The notes below the pieces were generated by a model that saw nothing but the letters and a program-made list of their open reading frames with translations, had not been told where the DNA came from and made no database searches. Position numbers and translations under genes: made by a program. A DNA stretch of 64,000 nt from Auanema rhodensis (taxonomy: Eukaryota; Animalia; Nematoda), in assembly GCA_964057225.1 (NCBI GenBank), contig OZ059895.1:4154001-4218000 (forward strand). The letters are read 5' to 3'. This document shows positions 10,068 through 23,325 of the stretch, one piece after another; within the stretch, counting starts at the first letter, position 1; each line of letters begins with the position of its first letter.

Positions 10068-13000
10068 AACATTGCTTCCAAAAACATTTCGACAAAAATG
10101 TTTTCGAAAAATTTCAAAATAATTTAGCAAAAAGTAGATGTTTTTAGATTTCTTTTTTTAAGGCAAAGACGATGGACAATGTTATTCAACGAAAAAATTA
10201 ATTCTTCAGGGTGAAAATCGAGGATATAAGTGTGAACTTATATCAGTTGATATCTCGGTGCATTTTCAAGCTAGCGCAAATCTGATAACACAGATCGACG
10301 CAGCTTAAAAATCCGCATCGAATGCACTATACTACATTGAGAAACGCTTAATACAAAAATTAGTTATGATCGTTTGAAAAATGATGCAATAGTGTATGTT
10401 GAGTTTCCATGTACACTCAACATTGCTTCCAAAAACATTTTGACAAAAATTTTTTCGAAAAATTTCAAAATAATTTAGCAAAAAGTAGATGTTTTTAGAT
10501 TCCTTTTTTCAAGGCAAAGATGATGGACAATGTTATTCAACGAAAAAATTAATTCTTCAGGGTGAAAATCGAGGATATAAGTGTGAACTTATATCAGTTG
10601 ATATCTCGGTGCATTTTTAAGCTAGCGCAAATCTGATAACACAGATCGACGCAGCTTAAAAATCCGCATCGAATGCACTATACTACATTGAGAAACGCTT
10701 AATACAAAACTTAGTTATGATCGTTTGAAAAATGATGCATTAGTGTATGTTGAGTTTCCATGTACACTCAACATTGCTTCCAAAAACATTTTGACAAAAA
10801 TTTTTTCGAAAAATTTCAAAATAATTTAGCAAAAAGTAGATGTTTTTAGATTCCTTTTTTTAAGGCAAAGATGATGGACAATGTTATTCAACGAAAAAAT
10901 TAATTCTTCAGGGTGAAAATCGAGGATATAAGTGTGAACTTATATCAGTTGATATCTCGTTGCATTTTCAAGCTAGCGCAAATCTGATAACACAGATCGA
11001 CGCAGCTTAAAAATCCGCATCGAATGCACTATACTACATTGAGAAACGCTTAATACAAAACTTAGTTATGATCGTTTGAAAAATGATGCATTAGTGTATG
11101 TTGAGTTTCCATGTACACTCAACATTGCTTCCAAAAACATTTCGACAAAAATGTTTTCGAAAAATTTCAAAATAATTTAGCAAAAAGTAGATGTTTTTAG
11201 ATTTCTTTTTTTAAGGCAAAGACGATGGACAATGTTATTCAACGAAAAAATTAATTCTTCAGGGTGAAAATCGAGGATATAAGTGTGAACTTATATCAGT
11301 TGATATCTCGGTGCATTTTCAAGCTAGCGCAAATCTGATAACACAGATCGACGCAGCTTAAAAATCCGCATCGAATGCACTATACTACATTGAGAAACGC
11401 TTAATACAAAAATTAGTTATGATCGTTTGAAAAATGATGCATTAGTGTATGTTGAGTTTCCATGTACACTCAACATTGCTTCCAAAAACATTTTGACAAA
11501 AATTTTTTCGAAAAATTTCAAAATAATTTAGCAAAAAGTAGATGTTTTTAGATTTTTTTTTTTAAGGCAAAGACGATGGACAATGTTATTCAACGAAAAA
11601 ATTAATTCTTCAGGGTGAAAATCGAGGATATAAGTGTGAACTTATATCAGTTGATATCTCGGTGCATTTTCAAGCTAGCGCAAATCTGACGCTTAAAAAT
11701 CCGCATCGAATGCACTATACTTCATTGAGAAACGCTTAATACAAAACTTAGTTATGATCGTTTGAAAAATGATGCATTAGTGTATGTTGAGTTTCCATGT
11801 ACACTCAACATTGCTTCCAAAAACATTTCGACAAAAATGTTTTCGAAAAATTTCAAAATAATTTAGCAAAAAGTAGATGTTTTTAGATTTCTTTTTTTAA
11901 GGCAAAGACGATGGACAATGTTATTCAACGAAAAAATTAATTCTTCAGGGTGAAAATCGAGGATATAAGTGTGAACTTATATCAGTTGATATCTCGGTGC
12001 ATTTTCAAGCTAGCGCAAATCTGATAACACAGATCGACGCAGCTTAAAAATCCGCATCGAATGCACTATACTACATTGAGAAACGCTTAATACAAAAATT
12101 AGTTATGATCGTTTGAAAAATGATGCAATAGTGTATGTTGAGTTTCCATGTACACTCAACATTGCTTCCAAAAACATTTTGACAAAAATTTTTTCGAAAA
12201 ATTTCAAAATAATTTAGCAAAAAGTAGATGTTTTTAGATTCCTTTTTTCAAGGCAAAGATGATGGACAATGTTATTCAACGAAAAAATTAATTCTTCAGG
12301 GTGAAAATCGAGGATATAAGTGTGAACTTATATCAGTTGATATCTCGGTGCATTTTTAAGCTAGCGCAAATCTGATAACACAGATCGACGCAGCTTAAAA
12401 ATCCGCATCGAATGCACTATACTACATTGAGAAACGCTTAATACAAAACTTAGTTATGATCGTTTGAAAAATGATGCATTAGTGTATGTTGAGTTTCCAT
12501 GTACACTCAACATTGCTTCCAAAAACATTTTGACAAAAATTTTTTCGAAAAATTTCAAAATAATTTAGCAAAAAGTAGATGTTTTTAGATTCCTTTTTTT
12601 AAGGCAAAGATGATGGACAATGTTATTCAACGAAAAAATTAATTCTTCAGGGTGAAAATCGAGGATATAAGTGTGAACTTATATCAGTTGATATCTCGTT
12701 GCATTTTCAAGCTAGCGCAAATCTGATAACACAGATCGACGCAGCTTAAAAATCCGCATCGAATGCACTATACTACATTGAGAAACGCTTAATACAAAAC
12801 TTAGTTATGATCGTTTGAAAAATGATGCATTAGTGTATGTTGAGTTTCCATGTACACTCAACATTGCTTCCAAAAACATTTCGACAAAAATGTTTTCGAA
12901 AAATTTCAAAATAATTTAGCAAAAAGTAGATGTTTTTAGATTTCTTTTTTTAAGGCAAAGACGATGGACAATGTTATTCAACGAAAAAATTAATTCTTCA

Positions 13001-13420
13001 GGGTGAAAATCGAGGATATAAGTGTGAACTTATATCAGTTGATATCTCGGTGCATTTTCAAGCTAGCGCAAATCTGATAACACAGATCGACGCAGCTTAA
13101 AAATCCGCATCGAATGCACTATACTACATTGAGAAACGCTTAATACAAAAATTAGTTATGATCGTTTGAAAAATGATGCATTAGTGTATGTTGAGTTTCC
13201 ATGTACACTCAACATTGCTTCCAAAAACATTTTGACAAAAATTTTTTCGAAAAATTTCAAAATAATTTAGCAAAAAGTAGATGTTTTTAGATTTTTTTTT
13301 TTAAGGCAAAGACGATGGACAATGTTATTCAACGAAAAAATTAATTCTTCAGGGTGAAAATCGAGGATATAAGTGTGAACTTATATCAGTTGATATCTCG
13401 GTGCATTTTCAAGCTAGCGC
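10068..13420 (+). repeat. 5-monomer (1739-bp) local duplication, ~2 copies
   Basis: The rare GATGCAATAG variant occurs at 10389 and 12128, 1739 bp apart (4x351+335). The same monomer order (A, B-T200, D, A, poly-T E) follows each. The fifth unit is short in copy 1 and long in copy 2. Confidence 0.8.
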
Positions 13421-16400
13421 AAATCTGATAACACAGATCGACGCAGCTTAAAAATCCGCATCGAATGCACTATACTACATTGAGAAACGCTTAATACAAA
13501 AATTAGTTATGATCGTTTGAAAAATGATGCATTAGTGTATGTTGAGTTTCCATGTACACTCAACATTGCTTCCAAAAACATTTTGACAAAAATTTTTTCG
13601 AAAAATTTCAAAATAATTTAGCAAAAAGTAGATGTTTTTAGATTCCTTTTTTCAAGGCAAAGATGATGGACAATGTTATTCAACGAAAAAATTAATTCTT
13701 CAGGGTGAAAATCGAGGATATAAGTGTGAACTTATATCAGTTGATATCTCGGTGCATTTTTAAGCTAGCGCAAATCTGATAACACAGATCGACGCAGCTT
13801 AAAAATCCGCATCGAATGCACTATACTACATTGAGAAACGCTTAATACAAAACTTAGTTATGATCGTTTGAAAAATGATGCATTAGTGTATGTTGAGTTT
13901 CCATGTACACTCAACATTGCTTCCAAAAACATTTTGACAAAAATTTTTTCGAAAAATTTCAAAATAATTTAGCAAAAAGTAGATGTTTTTAGATTCCTTT
14001 TTTTAAGGCAAAGATGATGGACAATGTTATTCAACGAAAAAATTAATTCTTCAGGGTGAAAATCGAGGATATAAGTGTGAACTTATATCAGTTGATATCT
14101 CGTTGCATTTTCAAGCTAGCGCAAATCTGATAACACAGATCGACGCAGCTTAAAAATCCGCATCGAATGCACTATACTACATTGAGAAACGCTTAATACA
14201 AAACTTAGTTATGATCGTTTGAAAAATGATGCATTAGTGTATGTTGAGTTTCCATGTACACTCAACATTGCTTCCAAAAACATTTCGACAAAAATGTTTT
14301 CGAAAAATTTCAAAATAATTTAGCAAAAAGTAGATGTTTTTAGATTTCTTTTTTTAAGGCAAAGACGATGGACAATGTTATTCAACGAAAAAATTAATTC
14401 TTCAGGGTGAAAATCGAGGATATAAGTGTGAACTTATATCAGTTGATATCTCGGTGCATTTTCAAGCTAGCGCAAATCTGATAACACAGATCGACGCAGC
14501 TTAAAAATCCGCATCGAATGCACTATACTACATTGAGAAACGCTTAATACAAAAATTAGTTATGATCGTTTGAAAAATGATGCATTAGTGTATGTTGAGT
14601 TTCCATGTACACTCAACATTGCTTCCAAAAACATTTTGACAAAAATTTTTTCGAAAAATTTCAAAATAATTTAGCAAAAAGTAGATGTTTTTAGATTCCT
14701 TCTTTCAAGGCAAAGATGATGGACAATGTTATTCAACGAAAAAATTAATTCTTCAGGGTGAAAATCGAGGATATAAGTGTGAACTTATATCAGTTGATAT
14801 CTCGGTGCATTTTCAAGCTAGCGCAAATCTGATAACACAGATCGACGCAGCTTAAAAATCCGCATCGAATGCACTATACTACATTGAGAAACGCTTAATA
14901 CAAAACTTAGTTATGATCGTTTGAAAAATGATGCATTAGTGTATGTTGAGTTTCCATGTACACTCAACATTGCTTCCAAAAACATTTCGACAAAAATGTT
15001 TTCGAAAAATTTCAAAATAATTTAGCAAAAAGTAGATGTTTTTAGATTTCTTTTTTTAAGGCAAAGACGATGGACAATGTTATTCAACGAAAAAATTAAT
15101 TCTTCAGGGTGAAAATCGAGGATATAAGTGTGAACTTATATCAGTTGATATCTCGGTGCATTTTCAAGCTAGCGCAAATCTGATAACACAGATCGACGCA
15201 GCTTAAAAATCCGCATCGAATGCACTATACTACATTGAGAAACGCTTAATACAAAAATTAGTTATGATCGTTTGAAAAATGATGCATTAGTGTATGTTGA
15301 GTTTCCATGTACACTCAACATTGCTTCCAAAAACATTTTGACAAAAATTTTTTCGAAAAATTTCAAAATAATTTAGCAAAAAGTAGATGTTTTTAGATTC
15401 CTTTTTTCAAGGCAAAGATGATGGACAATGTTATTCAACGAAAAAATTAATTCTTCAGGGTGAAAATCGAGGATATAAGTGTGAACTTATATCAGTTGAT
15501 ATCTCGGTGCATTTTCAAGCTAGCGCAAATCTGACGCTTAAAAATCCGCATCGAATGCACTATACTTCATTGAGAAACGCTTAATACAAAACTTAGTTAT
15601 GATCGTTTGAAAAATGATGCATTAGTGTATGTTGAGTTTCCATGTACACTCAACATTGCTTCCAAAAACATTTCGACAAAAATGTTTTCGAAAAATTTCA
15701 AAATAATTTAGCAAAAAGTAGATGTTTTTAGATTTCTTTTTTTAAGGCAAAGACGATGGACAATGTTATTCAACGAAAAAATTAATTCTTCAGGGTGAAA
15801 ATCGAGGATATAAGTGTGAACTTATATCAGTTGATATCTCGGTGCATTTTCAAGCTAGCGCAAATCTGATAACACAGATCGACGCAGCTTAAAAATCCGC
15901 ATCGAATGCACTATACTACATTGAGAAACGCTTAATACAAAAATTAGTTATGATCGTTTGAAAAATGATGCATTAGTGTATGTTGAGTTTCCATGTACAC
16001 TCAACATTGCTTCCAAAAACATTTTGACAAAAATTTTTTCGAAAAATTTCAAAATAATTTAGCAAAAAGTAGATGTTTTTAGATTCCTTTTTTCAAGGCA
16101 AAGATGATGGACAATGTTATTCAACGAAAAAATTAATTCTTCAGGGTGAAAATCGAGGATATAAGTGTGAACTTATATCAGTTGATATCTCGGTGCATTT
16201 TCAAGCTAGCGCAAATCTGACGCTTAAAAATCCGCATCGAATGCACTATACTTCATTGAGAAACGCTTAATACAAAACTTAGTTATGATCGTTTGAAAAA
16301 TGATGCATTAGTGTATGTTGAGTTTCCATGTACACTCAACATTGCTTCCAAAAACATTTTGACAAAAATTTTTTCGAAAAATTTCAAAATAATTTAGCAA

Positions 16401-19400
16401 AAAGTAGATGTTTTTAGATTCCTTTTTTTAAGGCAAAGATGATGGACAATGTTATTCAACGAAAAAATTAATTCTTCAGGGTGAAAATCGAGGATATAAG
16501 TGTGAACTTATATCAGTTGATATCTCGGTGCATTTTTAAGCTAGCGCAAATCTGATAACACAGATCGACGCAGCTTAAAAATCCGCATCGAATGCACTAT
16601 ACTACATTGAGAAACGCTTAATACAAAACTTAGTTATGATCGTTTGAAAAATGATGCATTAGTGTATGTTGAGTTTCCATGTACACTCAACATTGCTTCC
16701 AAAAACATTTTGACAAAAATTTTTTCGAAAAATTTCAAAATAATTTAGCAAAAAGTAGATGTTTTTAGATTCCTTTTTTTAAGGCAAAGATGATGGACAA
16801 TGTTATTCAACGAAAAAATTAATTCTTCAGGGTGAAAATCGAGGATATAAGTGTGAACTTATATCAGTTGATATCTCGTTGCATTTTCAAGCTAGCGCAA
16901 ATCTGATAACACAGATCGACGCAGCTTAAAAATCCGCATCGAATGCACTATACTACATTGAGAAACGCTTAATACAAAACTTAGTTATGATCGTTTGAAA
17001 AATGATGCATTAGTGTATGTTGAGTTTCCATGTACACTCAACATTGCTTCCAAAAACATTTCGACAAAAATGTTTTCGAAAAATTTCAAAATAATTTAGC
17101 AAAAAGTAGATGTTTTTAGATTTCTTTTTTTAAGGCAAAGACGATGGACAATGTTATTCAACGAAAAAATTAATTCTTCAGGGTGAAAATCGAGGATATA
17201 AGTGTGAACTTATATCAGTTGATATCTCGGTGCATTTTCAAGCTAGCGCAAATCTGATAACACAGATCGACGCAGCTTAAAAATCCGCATCGAATGCACT
17301 ATACTACATTGAGAAACGCTTAATACAAAAATTAGTTATGATCGTTTGAAAAATGATGCATTAGTGTATGTTGAGTTTCCATGTACACTCAACATTGCTT
17401 CCAAAAACATTTTGACAAAAATTTTTTCGAAAAATTTCAAAATAATTTAGCAAAAAGTAGATGTTTTTAGATTTTTTTTTTTAAGGCAAAGACGATGGAC
17501 AATGTTATTCAACGAAAAAATTAATTCTTCAGGGTGAAAATCGAGGATATAAGTGTGAACTTATATCAGTTGATATCTCGGTGCATTTTCAAGCTAGCGC
17601 AAATCTGATAACACAGATCGACGCAGCTTAAAAATCCGCATCGAATGCACTATACTACATTGAGAAACGCTTAATACAAAAATTAGTTATGATCGTTTGA
17701 AAAATGATGCATTAGTGTATGTTGAGTTTCCATGTACACTCAACATTGCTTCCAAAAACATTTTGACAAAAATTTTTTCGAAAAATTTCAAAATAATTTA
17801 GCAAAAAGTAGATGTTTTTAGATTCCTTTTTTCAAGGCAAAGATGATGGACAATGTTATTCAACGAAAAAATTAATTCTTCAGGGTGAAAATCGAGGATA
17901 TAAGTGTGAACTTATATCAGTTGATATCTCGGTGCATTTTTAAGCTAGCGCAAATCTGATAACACAGATCGACGCAGCTTAAAAATCCGCATCGAATGCA
18001 CTATACTACATTGAGAAACGCTTAATACAAAACTTAGTTATGATCGTTTGAAAAATGATGCATTAGTGTATGTTGAGTTTCCATGTACACTCAACATTGC
18101 TTCCAAAAACATTTTGACAAAAATTTTTTCGAAAAATTTCAAAATAATTTAGCAAAAAGTAGATGTTTTTAGATTCCTTTTTTTAAGGCAAAGATGATGG
18201 ACAATGTTATTCAACGAAAAAATTAATTCTTCAGGGTGAAAATCGAGGATATAAGTGTGAACTTATATCAGTTGATATCTCGTTGCATTTTCAAGCTAGC
18301 GCAAATCTGATAACACAGATCGACGCAGCTTAAAAATCCGCATCGAATGCACTATACTACATTGAGAAACGCTTAATACAAAACTTAGTTATGATCGTTT
18401 GAAAAATGATGCATTAGTGTATGTTGAGTTTCCATGTACACTCAACATTGCTTCCAAAAACATTTCGACAAAAATGTTTTCGAAAAATTTCAAAATAATT
18501 TAGCAAAAAGTAGATGTTTTTAGATTTCTTTTTTTAAGGCAAAGACGATGGACAATGTTATTCAACGAAAAAATTAATTCTTCAGGGTGAAAATCGAGGA
18601 TATAAGTGTGAACTTATATCAGTTGATATCTCGGTGCATTTTCAAGCTAGCGCAAATCTGATAACACAGATCGACGCAGCTTAAAAATCCGCATCGAATG
18701 CACTATACTACATTGAGAAACGCTTAATACAAAAATTAGTTATGATCGTTTGAAAAATGATGCATTAGTGTATGTTGAGTTTCCATGTACACTCAACATT
18801 GCTTCCAAAAACATTTTGACAAAAATTTTTTCGAAAAATTTCAAAATAATTTAGCAAAAAGTAGATGTTTTTAGATTCCTTCTTTCAAGGCAAAGATGAT
18901 GGACAATGTTATTCAACGAAAAAATTAATTCTTCAGGGTGAAAATCGAGGATATAAGTGTGAACTTATATCAGTTGATATCTCGGTGCATTTTCAAGCTA
19001 GCGCAAATCTGATAACACAGATCGACGCAGCTTAAAAATCCGCATCGAATGCACTATACTACATTGAGAAACGCTTAATACAAAACTTAGTTATGATCGT
19101 TTGAAAAATGATGCATTAGTGTATGTTGAGTTTCCATGTACACTCAACATTGCTTCCAAAAACATTTCGACAAAAATGTTTTCGAAAAATTTCAAAATAA
19201 TTTAGCAAAAAGTAGATGTTTTTAGATTTCTTTTTTTAAGGCAAAGACGATGGACAATGTTATTCAACGAAAAAATTAATTCTTCAGGGTGAAAATCGAG
19301 GATATAAGTGTGAACTTATATCAGTTGATATCTCGGTGCATTTTCAAGCTAGCGCAAATCTGATAACACAGATCGACGCAGCTTAAAAATCCGCATCGAA

Positions 19401-20868
19401 TGCACTATACTACATTGAGAAACGCTTAATACAAAAATTAGTTATGATCGTTTGAAAAATGATGCATTAGTGTATGTTGAGTTTCCATGTACACTCAACA
19501 TTGCTTCCAAAAACATTTTGACAAAAATTTTTTCGAAAAATTTCAAAATAATTTAGCAAAAAGTAGATGTTTTTAGATTCCTTTTTTCAAGGCAAAGATG
19601 ATGGACAATGTTATTCAACGAAAAAATTAATTCTTCAGGGTGAAAATCGAGGATATAAGTGTGAACTTATATCAGTTGATATCTCGGTGCATTTTCAAGC
19701 TAGCGCAAATCTGACGCTTAAAAATCCGCATCGAATGCACTATACTTCATTGAGAAACGCTTAATACAAAACTTAGTTATGATCGTTTGAAAAATGATGC
19801 ATTAGTGTATGTTGAGTTTCCATGTACACTCAACATTGCTTCCAAAAACATTTCGACAAAAATGTTTTCGAAAAATTTCAAAATAATTTAGCAAAAAGTA
19901 GATGTTTTTAGATTTCTTTTTTTAAGGCAAAGACGATGGACAATGTTATTCAACGAAAAAATTAATTCTTCAGGGTGAAAATCGAGGATATAAGTGTGAA
20001 CTTATATCAGTTGATATCTCGGTGCATTTTCAAGCTAGCGCAAATCTGATAACACAGATCGACGCAGCTTAAAAATCCGCATCGAATGCACTATACTACA
20101 TTGAGAAACGCTTAATACAAAAATTAGTTATGATCGTTTGAAAAATGATGCATTAGTGTATGTTGAGTTTCCATGTACACTCAACATTGCTTCCAAAAAC
20201 ATTTTGACAAAAATTTTTTCGAAAAATTTCAAAATAATTTAGCAAAAAGTAGATGTTTTTAGATTCCTTTTTTCAAGGCAAAGATGATGGACAATGTTAT
20301 TCAACGAAAAAATTAATTCTTCAGGGTGAAAATCGAGGATATAAGTGTGAACTTATATCAGTTGATATCTCGGTGCATTTTCAAGCTAGCGCAAATCTGA
20401 CGCTTAAAAATCCGCATCGAATGCACTATACTTCATTGAGAAACGCTTAATACAAAACTTAGTTATGATCGTTTGAAAAATGATGCATTAGTGTATGTTG
20501 AGTTTCCATGTACACTCAACATTGCTTCCAAAAACATTTTGACAAAAATTTTTTCGAAAAATTTCAAAATAATTTAGCAAAAAGTAGATGTTTTTAGATT
20601 CCTTTTTTTAAGGCAAAGATGATGGACAATGTTATTCAACGAAAAAATTAATTCTTCAGGGTGAAAATCGAGGATATAAGTGTGAACTTATATCAGTTGA
20701 TATCTCGGTGCATTTTTAAGCTAGCGCAAATCTGATAACACAGATCGACGCAGCTTAAAAATCCGCATCGAATGCACTATACTACATTGAGAAACGCTTA
20801 ATACAAAACTTAGTTATGATCGTTTGAAAAATGATGCATTAGTGTATGTTGAGTTTCCATGTACACTC
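12509..20868 (+). repeat. 12-monomer (4180-bp) HOR, 2 tandem copies
   Basis: The order D-A-E-B-D-A-B-A-S-A-S-C starts at 12509 and again at 16689. Rare markers recur 4180 bp apart: the poly-T run after GA at 13292/17472, CCTTCTTTC at 14702/18882, and ORFs at 15387/19567 and 16073/20253. Confidence 0.9.
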
Positions 20869-23325
20869 AACATTGCTTCCAAAAACATTTTGACAAAAAT
20901 TTTTTCGAAAAATTTCAAAATAATTTAGCAAAAAGTAGATGTTTTTAGATTCCTTTTTTTAAGGCAAAGATGATGGACAATGTTATTCAACGAAAAAATT
21001 AATTCTTCAGGGTGAAAATCGAGGATATAAGTGTGAACTTATATCAGTTGATATCTCGTTGCATTTTCAAGCTAGCGCAAATCTGATAACACAGATCGAC
21101 GCAGCTTAAAAATCCGCATCGAATGCACTATACTACATTGAGAAACGCTTAATACAAAACTTAGTTATGATCGTTTGAAAAATGATGCATTAGTGTATGT
21201 TGAGTTTCCATGTACACTCAACATTGCTTCCAAAAACATTTCGACAAAAATTTTTTCGAAAAATTTCAAAATAATTTAGCAAAAAGTAGATGTTTTTAGA
21301 TTCCTTTTTTCAAGGCAAAGATGATGGACAATGTTATTCAACGAAAAAATTAATTCTTCAGGGTGAAAATCGAGGATATAAGTGTGAACTTATATCAGTT
21401 GATATCTCGGTGCATTTTCAAGCTAGCGCAAATCTGATAACACAGATCGACGCAGCTTAAAAATCCGCATCGAATGCACTATACTACATTGAGAAACGCT
21501 TAATACAAAACTTAGTTATGATCGTTTGAAAAATGATGCATTAGTGTATGTTGAGTTTCCATGTACACTCAACATTGCTTCCAAAAACATTTTGACAAAA
21601 ATTTTTTCGAAAAATTTCAAAATAATTTAGCAAAAAGTAGATGTTTTTAGATTCCTTTTTTTAAGGCAAAGATGATGGACAATGTTATTCAACGAAAAAA
21701 TTAATTCTTCAGGGTGAAAATCGAGGATATAAGTGTGAACTTATATCAGTTGATATCTCGGTGCATTTTTAAGCTAGCGCAAATCTGATAACACAGATCG
21801 ACGCAGCTTAAAAATCCGCATCGAATGCACTATACTACATTGAGAAACGCTTAATACAAAACTTAGTTATGATCGTTTGAAAAATGATGCATTAGTGTAT
21901 GTTGAGTTTCCATGTACACTCAACATTGCTTCCAAAAACATTTTGACAAAAATTTTTTCGAAAAATTTCAAAATAATTTAGCAAAAAGTAGATGTTTTTA
22001 GATTCCTTTTTTTAAGGCAAAGATGATGGACAATGTTATTCAACGAAAAAATTAATTCTTCAGGGTGAAAATCGAGGATATAAGTGTGAACTTATATCAG
22101 TTGATATCTCGTTGCATTTTCAAGCTAGCGCAAATCTGATAACACAGATCGACGCAGCTTAAAAATCCGCATCGAATGCACTATACTACATTGAGAAACG
22201 CTTAATACAAAACTTAGTTATGATCGTTTGAAAAATGATGCATTAGTGTATGTTGAGTTTCCATGTACACTCAACATTGCTTCCAAAAACATTTCGACAA
22301 AAATTTTTTCGAAAAATTTCAAAATAATTTAGCAAAAAGTAGATGTTTTTAGATTCCTTTTTTCAAGGCAAAGATGATGGACAATGTTATTCAACGAAAA
22401 AATTAATTCTTCAGGGTGAAAATCGAGGATATAAGTGTGAACTTATATCAGTTGATATCTCGGTGCATTTTCAAGCTAGCGCAAATCTGATAACACAGAT
22501 CGACGCAGCTTAAAAATCCGCATCGAATGCACTATACTACATTGAAAAACGCTTAATACAAAACTTAGTTATGATCGTTTGAAAAATGATGCATTAGTGT
22601 ATGTTGAGTTTCCATGTACACTCAACATTGCTTCCAAAAACATTTCGACAAAAATGTTTTCGAAAAATTTCAAAATAATTTAGCAAAAAGTAGATGTTTT
22701 TAGATTTCTTTTTTTAAGGCAAAGACGATGGACAATGTTATTCAACGAAAAAATTAATTCTTCAGGGTGAAAATCGAGGATATAAGTGTGAACTTATATC
22801 AGTTGATATCTCGGTGCATTTTCAAGCTAGCGCAAATCTGATAACACAGATCGACGCAGCTTAAAAATCCGCATCGAATGCACTATACTACATTGAGAAA
22901 CGCTTAATACAAAACTTAGTTATGATCGTTTGAAAAATGATGCATTAGTGTATGTTGAGTTTCCATGTACACTCAACATTGCTTCCAAAAACATTTTGAC
23001 AAAAATTTTTTCGAAAAATTTCAAAATAATTTAGCAAAAAGTAGATGTTTTTAGATTCCTTTTTTTAAGGCAAAGATGATGGACAATGTTATTCAACGAA
23101 AAAATTAATTCTTCAGGGTGAAAATCGAGGATATAAGTGTGAACTTATATCAGTTGATATCTCGTTGCATTTTCAAGCTAGCGCAAATCTGATAACACAG
23201 ATCGACGCAGCTTAAAAATCCGCATCGAATGCACTATACTACATTGAGAAACGCTTAATACAAAACTTAGTTATGATCGTTTGAAAAATGATGCATTAGT
23301 GTATGTTGAGTTTCCATGTACACTC

